Of a stretch of 64,000 bases of DNA, positions 42,979 to 58,184 are shown piece after piece. Origin of the DNA: Eledone cirrhosa (Eukaryota). The notes under the pieces were generated by a model that saw only the letters and a program-made list of their open reading frames with translations, did no database searches and was not told the DNA's origin. Within the stretch, counting starts at the first letter, position 1. Each line of letters starts with the position of its first letter. The translations under genes were made by a program, and so were the position numbers. The stretch covers positions 16,616,001-16,680,000 of the forward strand of contig OZ024766.1 in NCBI GenBank assembly GCA_964016885.1, given 5' to 3'.

Positions 42979-44676
42979 TTATGGTTTCTTACCTGTATGG
43001 GTATATTTGTGTTTAGTTAAATTACTTAATTGAGAGAATGATTTACCACAGATATCACAGTGATGTGGCTTCTCACCTGTATGGATACGTAAGTGTTGAG
43101 TTAAGGGACTACTTTGAGAGAATGATTTACCACAGATATCACAGTGGTATGGCGTGTCTCCTGTATGGATACGTAAGTGCTCAGTTAAGTAACTTCTTCG
43201 AGAGAATGATTTACCACAGATATCACAGCGATATGGCTTGTCTCCTGTATGGATACGTTTGTGGCTAGTTAAGGCAGGACTTTGAGAGAATGATTTACCA
43301 CAGATATCACAGTGATATGGCTTCTCTCCCGTATGTGTACGTTTGTGTCTAGTTAATTTACTATTTTCAAAGAATGATTTACCACAGATATCACGGTGAT
43401 ATGGCTTCTCTCCTGTATGTATACGTTTGTGGCTAGTTAAGGTACTACTATCATAGAATGATTTACAACAGATATCACAGTGATATGGCTTCTCTCCTGT
43501 ATGTATACTTTTGTGTCTAGTTAAGGTACCACTTCGAGAGAATGATTGACCACAGATATCACAGTGATATGGCGTGTCTCCTGTATGGATACGTAAGTGT
43601 TGAGTTAAGGGACTACTTTGAGAGAATGATTTACCACAGATATCACAGCGATATGGCTTCTCCCCTGTATGGATACGTAAGTGCTCAGTTAAGTAACTTC
43701 TTCGAGAGAATGATTTACCACAGATATCACAGCGATATGGCTTGTCTCCTGTATGGATACGTTTGTGGCTAGTTAAGGCAGGACTTTGAGAGAATGATTT
43801 ACCACAGATATCACAGTGATATGGCTTCTCTCCCGTATGTGTACGTTTGTGTCTAGTTAATTTACTATTTTCAAAGAATGATTTACCACAGATATCACAG
43901 TGATATGGCTTCTCTCCTGTATGTATACGTTTATGGCTAGTTAAGGTACTACTATCATAGAATGATTTACAACAGATATCACAGTGGTATGGCTTCTCTC
44001 CTGTATGTATACTTTTGTGTCTAGTTAAGGTACCACTTCGAGAGAATGATTGACCACAGATATCACAGTGATATGGCTTGTCTCCTGTATGTATACGTTT
44101 GTGGCTAGTTAAGGTACTACTATCATAGAATGATTTACAACAGATATCACAGTGATATGGCTTCTCTGCTGTATGTATACGTTTGTGGCTTGTTAAGGCA
44201 TTACTCTGAGAATATGATTTACCACAGATATCACAGTGATATGGCTTGTCTCCAGTATGTACACGTTTGTGGCTAGTTAAGTGACCACTTTCAGAGAATG
44301 ATTTACCACAGATATCACAGTGATATGGTTTCTCACCTGTATGTATACGCATGTGGCTAGTTAATATACTACTTCGAGAGAATGATTTACCACAGATATC
44401 ACAGTGATATGGTTTCTCACCTGTATGTATACGCATGTGGCTAGTTAAATTACTACTTTGAGAGAATGATTTACCACAGATATCACAGTGGTATGGCTTC
44501 TCTCCCGGATGTGTACGTTTGTGACTTGTTAATTTACTACTAACAGAGAATGATTTACCACACACATCACAGTGATATGGCTTCTCTCCTCTATCCTTTG
44601 ACATCTCTTCTGTAATAGCCATATCTTTAGTCATTGTTTCACATTTAACCTTCTTTTCACTCAATTTATTTTCCAT
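42979..44676 (-). CDS. C2H2 zinc-finger protein, 19 fingers, one with C>R (unit 5)
   Basis: 565-aa ORF; I see only 2 residue differences from unit 3 (CAQ/CGQ, KFT/KYT). Confidence 0.92.
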   Translation of the reverse strand: MENKLSEKKVKCETMTKDMAITEEMSKDRGEKPYHCDVCGKSFSVSSKLTSHKRTHPGEKPYHCDICGKSFSQSSNLTSHMRIHTGEKPYHCDICGKSFSRSSILTSHMRIHTGEKPYHCDICGKSFSESGHLTSHKRVHTGDKPYHCDICGKSYSQSNALTSHKRIHTAEKPYHCDICCKSFYDSSTLTSHKRIHTGDKPYHCDICGQSFSRSGTLTRHKSIHTGEKPYHCDICCKSFYDSSTLTSHKRIHTGEKPYHCDICGKSFFENSKLTRHKRTHTGEKPYHCDICGKSFSQSPALTSHKRIHTGDKPYRCDICGKSFSRRSYLTEHLRIHTGEKPYRCDICGKSFSQSSPLTQHLRIHTGDTPYHCDICGQSFSRSGTLTRHKSIHTGEKPYHCDICCKSFYDSSTLTSHKRIHTGEKPYHRDICGKSFFENSKLTRHKRTHTGEKPYHCDICGKSFSQSPALTSHKRIHTGDKPYRCDICGKSFSRRSYLTEHLRIHTGDTPYHCDICGKSFSQSSPLTQHLRIHTGEKPHHCDICGKSFSQLSNLTKHKYTHTGKKP

Positions 44677-45221
44677 AATAATTCTTCTTCCCTTGGCAGA
44701 ATTTACAGATGTAATTCTTTAATATTTTTCATATTATATTCCTAAAAAATATTTCTTCTGTTATATTTCCCTCAATTATGATCTCAGTTAATACCTGAAG
44801 ATGATGCAAACTTCTTTGTCATTGCAGCTGAGTTAAAATACAAAATATATCTCTCATATATATATACCACACAGTGAAGAAAAGGAATTTTGTCTTTAAA
44901 CTCAGTTCTGAGGAAATATATCACAGTAATTCTGATAGATTTATATAAACAGTGTTATATAAGTTCTGTTTAAAAAGTTTTAATCTTCAAATGATGATAA
45001 ATAGAGGTGATGTATCCAAGATTGAAGATAATAATTTATCCTAATGTCATCTGATATTCTGAAATGAAAAAGAAACAGTATGAAATAATAGAGAATACTT
45101 AAGAAGCAGAGATAGATTTAACAGTGGAAATTTTACATCTATAAACCCTGGAAACTTTTTATTGAAAAATCAAATTATTTTAGTTTTTAATTAGTTACAA
45201 GAAATCTTTCTCCACACCTGC

Positions 45222-46140
45222 AACCATGAGTGTATCTGGGGTTCTTTTCTCTTCAGAGAGATGGATCCTCATGAGGTGGAGAGAATACTTTGCTGATCTC
45301 CCAAACCTGATCACAACAGCATCTTCGGATGTACATGAGGTGAATCTGATAGCGGTGACTAATCTCTCGGAGGCTGAGGTCACAAGAGCAATTAAAGAGC
45401 TCAAATGTGACCGACTCATGTGTGTCAGATGGATGGGTCTCTGAAATGGCACTCAAGCAAAGGCAATCGGGAGTGATAATCCCAATTTATAAAAAGGGAC
45501 ACACGAGAGATTGTTCCAAATAGAGAGGGATCACCGTGTTAAGACTCCCTGTGCAAAGTTTCTGGCAAAGTGATGTAGCGAGTCCAAGCTAGCTGATGGA
45601 CAGTGCTGTTTTCTCCCTGGGTGCAACATAACCCACCAAATATTCACACTGTGGCAGGTCTTTGAGAAATCGTGGGAGTATTGCTAAGAGGTATATATTA
45701 TCGTTTTATAGACCTTGAAAATGCACATGATCGCATTCTTCAGGACCTGCTGAGCATACAGGAGTTCCCATGGGCAGCCAGTCTTAAACATCTCTGTTAT
45801 AGGCTGCAGGACGATAATAACTAAGTGAGGGCTAAGAACAGAGCCCTGGTGGACACCAGACTACACTCCAAATTATTCACTATAATTGTTTCTATTTTAA
45901 ACACAAGGCCAGCAATTACCCAGTACATTACTGGTACTTTATTTTATCAACCCCGTATGGATGTAAGTCAAAGTTAACCTCGGCGGGATTTGAACTCAGA
46001 TCATAAAGGGACGTAACTCTGTGCCTCAAAGCATGGTGTCCGACTCTCTACCGATACTGCCACTTCACTATAATGAATGTTAATCCTGACATTGCTGACT
46101 GCTCTTCTATACATGGCTTTATGATCCTCTATACAAGACA
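45222..46140. mobile_element. Opposed RTE-LINE fragments with nested SINE (45887-46063), unit 5
   Basis: Same composite. Confidence 0.8.
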
Positions 46141-47643
46141 TGTATCAGACGGTTATTCAGCTAGCTCTTTAGAGTATTAGAACCTTATTATGTACAGCCA
46201 CCGAGATCCCACAACAACAGATGTCCCTTCACCATCAAAGCAGTTCCCTGAAATACAGATACTCAACCCCTACTTGGCTGGCTAACTCAGACATAATTAT
46301 AATGAAATGAAACCCACAATAAAGTAATGTTCAACCATAAGTAGATGAAGTTAATTAAATTGTAAGAGATTTAGACTAAAATAGACAAAATATTAATTTA
46401 CTTAAAGCAACAACAAGGTACAGCTAAATATAAAATATATTTTATAATGTACGGTAGTGAACCACATAATTAAATAGACGGAGGTAATTTAAATAATAAA
46501 TATATCTTTAATTTATTTAAAGCAATAACAAGGTACAGCTAAATATAAACTATATTTTATAATGTACGGTAGTGAACCACATAATTAAATAGACGGAGGT
46601 AATTTAAATAATAAAGACAGTCATAACAATATATTTTATATCACATGTAACAGTGGAATCTGGTTAATTACTAGGTCGTTGAAGGGGTCACATAATTATA
46701 TTATTTACACACATTAATATAGACAGTAAAGTAAATCTTTGTCAACTTACTTCCTTCACATATAATCAATGTATTGTGTTGTTAGTTGTTACTAAACAAC
46801 CAAAGAAATAATCTCTTTGTTATCAAATTAGAAGTTCCAATGTTATCAGCTTTATTTCACGACATTAACGTTGGTGTATCTTCTTCATCTTTAGTCATAA
46901 ATTGATATCTTGTCAGAATGAAGTAGTGAGACTGACTTTATGTCTTTAGCTACAGATTTGATAGGAAATATATATATTAGGTTGATATGTGGTCTAAAAT
47001 ATATATATATTGTCTATAAATGACTGAGCGCAGATGTTCTGGTGAAATAGTAGTTTTACTACTACAGATTGTAATGGAACTCTTAGTAGACACAATTGTA
47101 AAGTAAGAATATATATGACAGTGTAAGACTGATGTCGGGGAATTAAAATTGTGTGTGTGTATATATATATAATTGTTACACAAGATATAATTAGATTAAT
47201 TAAAGTTATAACGAAGACAGCAGGTACTCGGTGTCTTAGCGAATGTTTCGACTCTCGTACGGTGTCATACGTGAAAAGTCCCTGACATAATTTAGTACCT
47301 TCACACACATTTCCAGTCGTATTTAATTCTATAGTGATGTGATTTATTAAAAAGAAATGTGATAATTGTTTCTACTTTTGGCACAAGGCCAGCCATTACC
47401 CTAGTGTATTACTGGTACATTATTTTATCGACCCCGTAATAATTGTTTCTACTTTAGGCACAAGGCCAGTAAATACGCCAGTGAATTACTGGTACTTTAT
47501 TTTATCGACACCGTAATAATTGTTTCTAATTTAGGCACAAGGCTAGGAAATACCCCAGTACATTACTGGTACTTTATTTTATCGACCCCGTAGGGATGAA
47601 AGGCAAAGCTAACCTCTGAGGGATTAACTTTGCTTTTCATCCT

Positions 47644-49410
47644 TATCTCTATACATATAGAAAATGGACAGAGTGTGTACTTCACTGAAACCACTGCTCA
47701 TCAGTTGACACCAGCACCACCTGACACTACTCTAACTGCTTTTTTGAAACTCTGCCAGAATAAAGAATTTATTCGATCCCTCCTATATGCTGACATCCCA
47801 AAATACTACACCTGGACCAATTGTAAGACTTGGAATCAAAGGAGGCAGGGTCATTTAGTGGAAGGTGATGAAGTCAAGGCAAGTGATGCTATTGGGCATG
47901 TTTACAATGACCACCCCAACAACAGAGAGAGTTTTTATTTACAGCCACTTCTGCATATTGTTCAAGGACCAACGTCATTTGAGGATCTCAGGTGATTTCG
48001 TGGGAGAGTGCAGCACATACCAAGAAGCATCTAAAGAACATCAACTCATGCATGGCAATTGACATTAAAAGAAGCAGTCACTGGAGTAGCCAGTTAAATA
48101 AGACAGCCATGGACTCCTGTATGACAACTGACATTGGAAGAAGGGACTAGAAGGAGCAGTCACTGGAGTAGTCAGTTAAATAAGACAGCCATGGACACCT
48201 GTATGACAACTGACATTGGAAGAAAAGAGTAGAAGGAGCAGTCACTGCAGTGGCCAGTTAAATAAGACAGCCATGGACTCCTGTATGACAACTGACATTG
48301 GAAGAAGGGACTAGAAGGAGCAGTCACTGTAGTAGTCAGTTAAATAAGACAGCCATGGACACCTGTATGACAACTGGCATTGGAAGAAGGGACTAGAAGG
48401 AGCAGTCACTGGAGTAGCCAGTTAAATAAGACAGCCATGGACACCTGTATGACAACTGACATTGGAAGAAGGGACTAGAAGGAGCAGTCACTGGAGTAGC
48501 CAGTTAAATAAGACAGCCATGGACACCTGTATGACAACTGACATTGGAAGAAGGGACTAGAAGGAGCAGTCAGAGGAGTAGCCAGTTAAATAAGACAGCC
48601 ATGGACAGCTGTATGACAACTGACATTGGAAGAAGGGACTAGAAGGAGCAGTCACTGGAGTAGCCAGTTAAATAAGACAGCCATGGACACCTGTATGACA
48701 ACTGACATTGGAAGAAGGGACTAGAAGGAGCAGTCAGAGGAGTAGCCAGTTAAATAAGACAGCCATGGACTCCTGTATGACAACTGACATTGGAAGAAGA
48801 GACTAGAAGTAGCAGTCTCTGGAGTAGCCAGTTAAATAAGACAGCCATGGACTCCTGTATGACAACTGAGATTGGAAGAAGAGACTAGTAGGAGCAGTCA
48901 CAGGAGTAGCCAGTTAAATAAGACAGCTATGGACTCCTGTATGACAACTGACATTGGAAGAAGAAACTAGAAAGAGCAGTCACTGGAGTAGCCAGTTAAA
49001 TAAGACAGCCATGGATTCCTGTATGACAACTGACATTGGAAGAAGAGACTAGTAGGAGCAGTCACAGGAGTAGCCAGTTAAATAAGACAGCCATGGACAT
49101 CTGTATGACAACTAACATTGGAAGAAGGGACTAGAAGGATCAGTGACTGGAGTAGCCAGTTAAATAAGACAGTTGTTTGCTACTATACTCACGGCATGTG
49201 GAATAAATCTCATCTACCCTGGCAGGAGTACAAAAACAATATGTCAGACGACTATCTACACCTAGCCCAAAGACGTTATAGCAATATTTATGTGGAATCT
49301 ACCTCCAGGATTTACAATCAACCTCTGTGCAACCTGTCCCATTGAATTCCAGCAATGAATAGCAATGCGGGATGCCAGAGCCAGAAGAAATTGAGGTAAT
49401 ACAATCAGTT
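47644..49410 (+). mobile_element. Degenerate Helitron Rep fragment (unit 6)
   Basis: ORFs 47630-47995 and 49118-49345. Confidence 0.85.
48060..49172 (+). repeat. 82-bp minisatellite, about 13.7 copies
   Basis: Same monomer. Confidence 0.97.
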
Positions 49411-50911
49411 TTTCAGGAGACAAACCATGATATTGAAGTGTTGCGTAAGTTTGTGGATGAAAATAAACCTTGACTGGTGGATGACCAGAAATATGCCTAC
49501 CACAACATCATGAAAAACATTCAACATGACAGCACCCAGCACTCACTGTAAATGAGGTTGGCATTAGGAAGGGCGTCCAGCTGTAGAAATCAAGCCAGAA
49601 TCAGTTCCCGTCCCACCCTTGCAAGCAGGGAAAAAGCGGACGAGAAATGAAATGATGATGAATGATGATGTCCCTCCCATTTTTTCAATAGGGTCACTTT
49701 AACGAATCAAAAGATAAATAGCAGAAAAACAGGCCCTAAAATATATTTTCCGTGCTATTTCCAACTTCACCTTTTCTCTATATATAGAGAGAGAGCGAGA
49801 GGACAATTTGTCATGTCTTCATTACATTTATTGAGCAGTGAAGCACGTTTTGCTATCGATTAGCTCAAGGTTTGATCTGTATTGATCTAGCTTGACTCTG
49901 GAATTAAAAGCTTGTCAGACTTCTGTTGTGGTAATAATGTTACAATCCCTAGATATCATCATCATTGATTAATGTCTATCTTCCATGCTAGCATGGGTTG
50001 GACGGGTTTGTCGTATTTAGAAGCAAGTTAGGTCGGGTGACCGTGTCTCGCTCATATGTAAATATATATAGCAGGCGCTGCAAAAAAGATCCGGAAACTA
50101 ACCATGCATCCCAGACATGGCTTCAAATGACCCAGGCGGGCAGGTGCAGCAAACAAACGTTGCATACCTGACCCTGTGCGTATCGACAATGGTAGGGTTG
50201 TAACCATATCTTGTAACAGATTAAAAAAATTTTCCGGGAAAGACTGCCCTAACACCAGCTAGAGTTACCTCCCTTGACCTACTGTAACATCAAAACACAC
50301 TTTTTTGCGAAGAATGAACTCTGACGTGAACTTATCTCTAAAAACACATTCTGGGCCATGTAAGGAACACTTTTTAGTTATTTATACCCTTGAGAAGACC
50401 ATCCAGGTGAAACGTACATCTTTTAACGGTCTGTTCTGCTATATTTTACTTTTCCACGTATATATATATATATTTATATATATATATCAACTAGAAATTG
50501 ATTGACATATAAATAAACATATGAAACAATCACAGGGGATAATTTGTAAAAGTGTGTAAGCACACATAGCTAGGTAGGTAACTAAATAAAGTTTAACTAG
50601 AACTTCAAAAATAGATACCTTAGAAAATGATTAATCTTCCTTGTATATATTCCATTAAAGAAATATATTTCACCAATTAATCGATTGGTAAACGACAGCA
50701 GCCAGATCTTGGATTCTCAACAAGGAAGAAGTCCAACCATCTGTGTTTACGCATCAAGTTCAAATCAGCGACTGACCAGAAACACGTGCTGTATCTACTA
50801 AAAATACACACATCATACCAGCTTCGTCCCAGTGGCGTGAATAGGGTTATTGACAACTAGAAACAGCAGTCAGGTCCTTTCAATAGAGTAGAGCTCTACA
50901 ATTAAGGGGCC

Positions 50912-51141
50912 GTATTTATATATATATATCCAAAATTAAGATAAATTAAAATAAAATTAATCTATAACAAATTATGGGTGTCATGCCAGAAAGACAGGCG
51001 CCATATCACCCGTAAAATAAGCTCCATGGAGCTTATTTTACGGGTGATATGGCGCCTGTCTTTCTGGCATGACACCCATAATTTGATATAGATTAATTTT
51101 ATTTTAATTTATCTTAATTTTGGATATATATATATATATAC
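50912..51141. repeat. Long palindrome, unit 6 (nearly perfect)
   Basis: Arms match with about one mismatch inside the (TA)n flanks. Confidence 0.95.
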
Positions 51142-51427
51142 AGAGAAAGAGAAGAGTAGACAAACAGACAATGACAAAGAAGAGGAATTAACCACCCCAG
51201 TATTTCACTGGTATTTCATTTATTGACCTCAAAATATCAAAGCAACTTTACCTCAGTGGGATTTGTACTCTGAGAACTAGAACAGACACTGAAAATATAT
51301 CAAGATGTACACACATGTATATAAGAACACATATAAACATACACATACATATATACACACACATATATACACAAATAAAGATAATCATATTCATGGACAG
51401 AAATTTCTACACACTGACATATACACT

Positions 51428-51458
<31 letters not shown>

Positions 51459-51463
<5 letters not shown>

Positions 51464-51558
51464 AAAATGTTTAACCCCGACGGCAAAGCTCAAGCCATTT
51501 TGACGGTTATTTCTGGACTGTTTCCAGAAATAGCCATCGGGGTTAAACATTTTCCTAT
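51459..51558. repeat. Hairpin with 23-bp right-arm deletion, unit 6
   Basis: AAATAGCCATCGGGGTT lacks GTCGAAACGGATTGAGCTCTGCC. Confidence 0.85.
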
Positions 51559-52503
51559 TACCCACTCTACTACCCTAAGTATTGAGTACTCTGGTGTGTA
51601 TAAGGTCCATCTGTTTCTTTACCACACCTCCTTTGTTATATATATATATATAAGAAACGAAAGGAGCTGTGTGGTTACTGTAAACAAAGTTTAAGATGGT
51701 AATATGGATGAAAGGAGAGAAGAAACCCTTCATCAGCTGTAAAACGACATCATAGATGTTTTGGCACATATATATAGTGTTTGTAAATTCTGTACCATAC
51801 AGATTTGTCAGCATAAGTCTTGGTTACAACTTCTACAAATAAAATGAAAGGAGAATAATTTCAGAACAAACAAGTTTTATTCAAAATACTAACAACATTG
51901 GTGGCACTATTTTGGGTGAGTGACATGGTTTTTATCTTGTCTGATTGTGTTTGTGTTGCATTAAGTAACCTTATGTTGGTACCACAACATTTAGAAAATG
52001 ATTTACCACAGACATCACAGTGATATGGTTCCGCTCCTGTATATGTTAGTGTGTAGTGAAGCCACATTTAGAGAAGGATTTACCACAGACATCACAGTTA
52101 TAAGGTTCCTCTCCTGTATATGTTAGTGTCTAGTGAAGCCACATTTAGAGAATGATTTACTGCAGATATCACAGTGATATGGTTCCTTTTCTGTAAATGT
52201 TAGTACTGAGTGAAGTGACTTATTTCAGAGAATGATTTCCCACAGATATCACAGTGATATGGCTTTTCTCCAGTATATATTTATGTTTGTGTCTAGTTAA
52301 GCTAGCTTTTATAGATAACAATTTCCCCCAGATATCACAGTAATATGGCTTTTCTCCAGTATATATTTATGTTTGTATGTAGTTAATGTAGCAATGCAAG
52401 TAAATAATTTCTCCACAATATCACAGTGGTATGGCTTCTCACTCATATGAATGTATTTGTGTCTAATTAATTTACAATTTTGAGACAATGAGATATGACT
52501 TTG

Positions 52504-54787
<2,284 letters not shown>

Positions 54788-55027
54788 AATAATTCTTCTT
54801 CCCTTGGCAGAACTTACAGATGTTATTCTTTAATATTTTTTATATTATAGTCCTAAAAAATGTTTCTTCTGTTATATTTCCCTCAATTATGATCTCAGTT
54901 AATATCTGAAATGATCAAACTTCTTTGTCATTGAAGTTGAGTTAAAATACAAAATATATCTCTCATATATACACCACACAGTGAAGAAAAGGAATTTTGT
55001 CTTTAAACTCAGTTCTGAGGAAATATA

Positions 55028-55260
55028 TCACAGTAATTCTGATTGATTTTTATAAACAGTGTTATATAAGTTCTGTTTAAAAAGTTTTAATCTTCAAATG
55101 ATGATAAATAGAGGTGATGTATCCAAGATTGAAAACAATAATTTTCACAGTAATTCTGATAGATTTATATAAACAGTGTTATATAAGTTCTGTTTAAAAA
55201 GTTTTAATCTTCAAATGATGATAAATAGAGGTGATGTATCCAAGATTGAAAAAAATAATT
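55028..55260. repeat. 117-bp tandem duplication in the putative 5' UTR, unit 6 only
   Basis: TCACAGTAATTCTGAT at 55028 and 55145. Confidence 0.9.
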
Positions 55261-55445
55261 TATCTTAATGTCATCTTATATTCTGAAATGAAAAAGAAAC
55301 AGTATGAGATAATAGAGAATACTTAAGAAGCAGAGATAGATTTAACAGTGGAAATTTTACATCTATAAACCCTGGAAACTTTTTATTGAAAAATCAAATT
55401 ATTTTAGTTTTTAATTAGTTACAAGAATTCTTCCTCCACACCTGC

Positions 55446-56360
55446 AACCATGACTGCATCTGGGGTTCTCTTCTCTTCAGAGAGATGGAGAGAATACTTT
55501 GCTGATCTCCCAAACCCGATCACAACAGCATCTTCGGATGTACATGAGGTGAATCTGATAGCGGTGACTAATCTCTCGGAGGCTGAGGTCACAAGAGCAA
55601 TTAAAGAGCTCAAATGTGACCGACTCATGTGTGTCAGATGGCCTGGGTCTCTGAAATGGCACTCAAGCAAAGGCAATCGGGAGTGATAATCCCAATTTAT
55701 AAAAAGGGAGACACGAGAGATTGTTCCAAATAGAGAGGGATCACCTTGTTAAGCCTCCCTGGTAAAGTATATGCTAAGTTTCTGGCAAAGTGATGTAGCG
55801 AGTCCAAGCTAGGTGATGGACAGTGCTGTTTTCTCCCTGGGTGCAACATAACCCACCAAATATTCACACTGTGGCAGGTCTTTGTGAAATCGTGGGAGTA
55901 TTGCTATGAGGTATATATTATCGTTTTATAGACCTTGAAAATCCATACGATTGCATTCTTCAGGACCTGCTGTGCACACAGGAGTTCCCATGGGCAGCCA
56001 GTCTTAAACATCTCTGTTATAGGCTGCAGGACGATAATAACTAAGTGAGGGCTAAGAACAGAGCCCTGGAGGACACCAGACTACACTCCAAATTATTCAC
56101 TATAATTGTTTCTATTTTAAACACAAGGCCAGCAATTACCCAGTACATTACTGGTACTTTATTTTATAGACCCCACATGGATGTAAGGCAAAGTTAACCT
56201 CGGCGGGATTTGACCTCAGATCATAAAGGGACGTAACTCTGTGCCTCAAAGCATGGTGTCCGACTCTCTACCGATACTGCCACTTCACTATAATGAATGT
56301 TAATCCTGACATTGCTGACTGCTCTTCTATACATGGCTTTATGATCCTGTATACAAGACA
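55446..56360. mobile_element. Opposed RTE-LINE fragments with nested SINE (56107-56283), unit 6
   Basis: Same composite. Confidence 0.8.
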
Positions 56361-57762
56361 TGTATCAGACGGTTATTCAGCTAGCTCTTTAGAGTATTAG
56401 AACCTTATTATGTACAGCCACCGAGATCCCACACCAACAGATGTCCCTTCACCATCAAAGCAGTGCCCTGAAATACAGATACTAAACCCCTACTTGGATG
56501 GCTAACTCAAACATAATTATAATGAAATGAAACCCACAATAAAGTAATCTTCAACCATAAGTAGATGAAGTTAATTAAATTGTAAGAGATTTAGACTAAA
56601 ATAGACAAAATATTAATTTACTTGAATTAAATAGACGTTTAAATTTACATAATTAAATAGACGGAGGTAATTTAATTAATAAAAATATCTTTAACTTACT
56701 TAAAGCAATGACAAAGTACAGCTAAATATAAACTATATTTTATAATGTAAGGTAGTGAACAAGATAATTAAATAGACGGAGGTAATTTAGATAACAAAAA
56801 TATCTTTAATTCACTTAAATTAATTTACAAGGTACAGGTAAATATAAACTAGTGAACAAGATAATTAAATAGACGGAGGCAATTTAAATAATAAATATAT
56901 CTTTAATTTACTTAAATTAATTTACAAGGTACAGCTAAATATAAACTATATTTTATAATGTAAGGTAGTGAACCACATAATTAAATAGACGGAGGTAATT
57001 TAAATAATAAAGACAGTCATGATAACAATATATTTTATATCACATGTAACAGTGGAATCTGGTTAATTACTGAATCGTTGAAGGGTTCACATAATTATAT
57101 TATTTACACACATTAATATAGACATTAAGTAAATCTTTGTCAACTTACCTCCTTCACATATAATCAATGTATTGTGTTGTTAGTTGTTACTAAACAACCA
57201 AAGAAATAATCTCTTTGTTATCAAATTAGAAGTTTCAATGTTATCAGCTTTAATTCACGACATTAACGTTGGTGTATCTTCTTCATCTTTAGTCATAAAT
57301 TGATATCTTGTCAGAATGAAGTAGTGAGGCTGACTTTATGTCTTTAGCTACAGATTTGATAGGAAATATATATATATTAGGTTGATATGTGGTCTAAAAT
57401 ATATATATTGTCTATAAATGACTGATAGCAGATGTTCTGGTGAAATAGTAGTTTTACTACTACAGATCGTAATGGAACTCTTAGTAGACACAATTGTAAA
57501 GTAAGAATAGATATGACAGTGTAAGACTGATGTCGGGGAATTAAAATTGTGTGTGTGTATATATATATAATTGTTACACAAGATATAATTAGATTAATTA
57601 AAGTTATAACGAAGACAGCAGGTACTCGGCGTCTTAGCGAATGTTTCGACTCTCGTAACGGTGTCAAACGTTAAAAGTCCCTGACATAATTTAATACCTT
57701 CAGACACATTTCCAGTCGTATTTAATTCTATAGTGATGTGATTTATTAAAAAGAAATATGAT

Positions 57763-58183
57763 AATTGTTTCTATTTTTTGGCACAAGGCCAGCAATTACT
57801 GGTACTATATTTAATCAACCCCGTAATAACTGTTTCTACTTTAGGCACAAGGCCAGCAATTACCTCAATGTATTACTGGTACTTTATTTCATCAACCGTG
57901 TAATAACTGTTTCTACTTTAGGCACAAGGCCAGCAATTACTCCAGTGTATTACTGGTACTTTATTTTATCTACCCCATAATAATTGTTTCTACTTTAGGC
58001 ACAAGGCCAGCAATTACCCCAGTGTATGGCTGGTACTTTATTTTATCGACCCCGTAATAATTGTTTCTACTTTAGGCACAAGGCCAGCAATTACCCTAGT
58101 ACATTACTGGTACTTTATAATACCGACCCCGTAGGGATGAAAGGCAAAGCTAACCTCTGAGGGATTAACTTTGCTTTTCATCC
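57763..58183. repeat. 77-bp SINE-tail tandem repeat (5 copies) plus hairpin
   Basis: Five GGCACAAGGCCAGCAATTAC units. Confidence 0.88.
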
Positions 58184-58184
58184 T

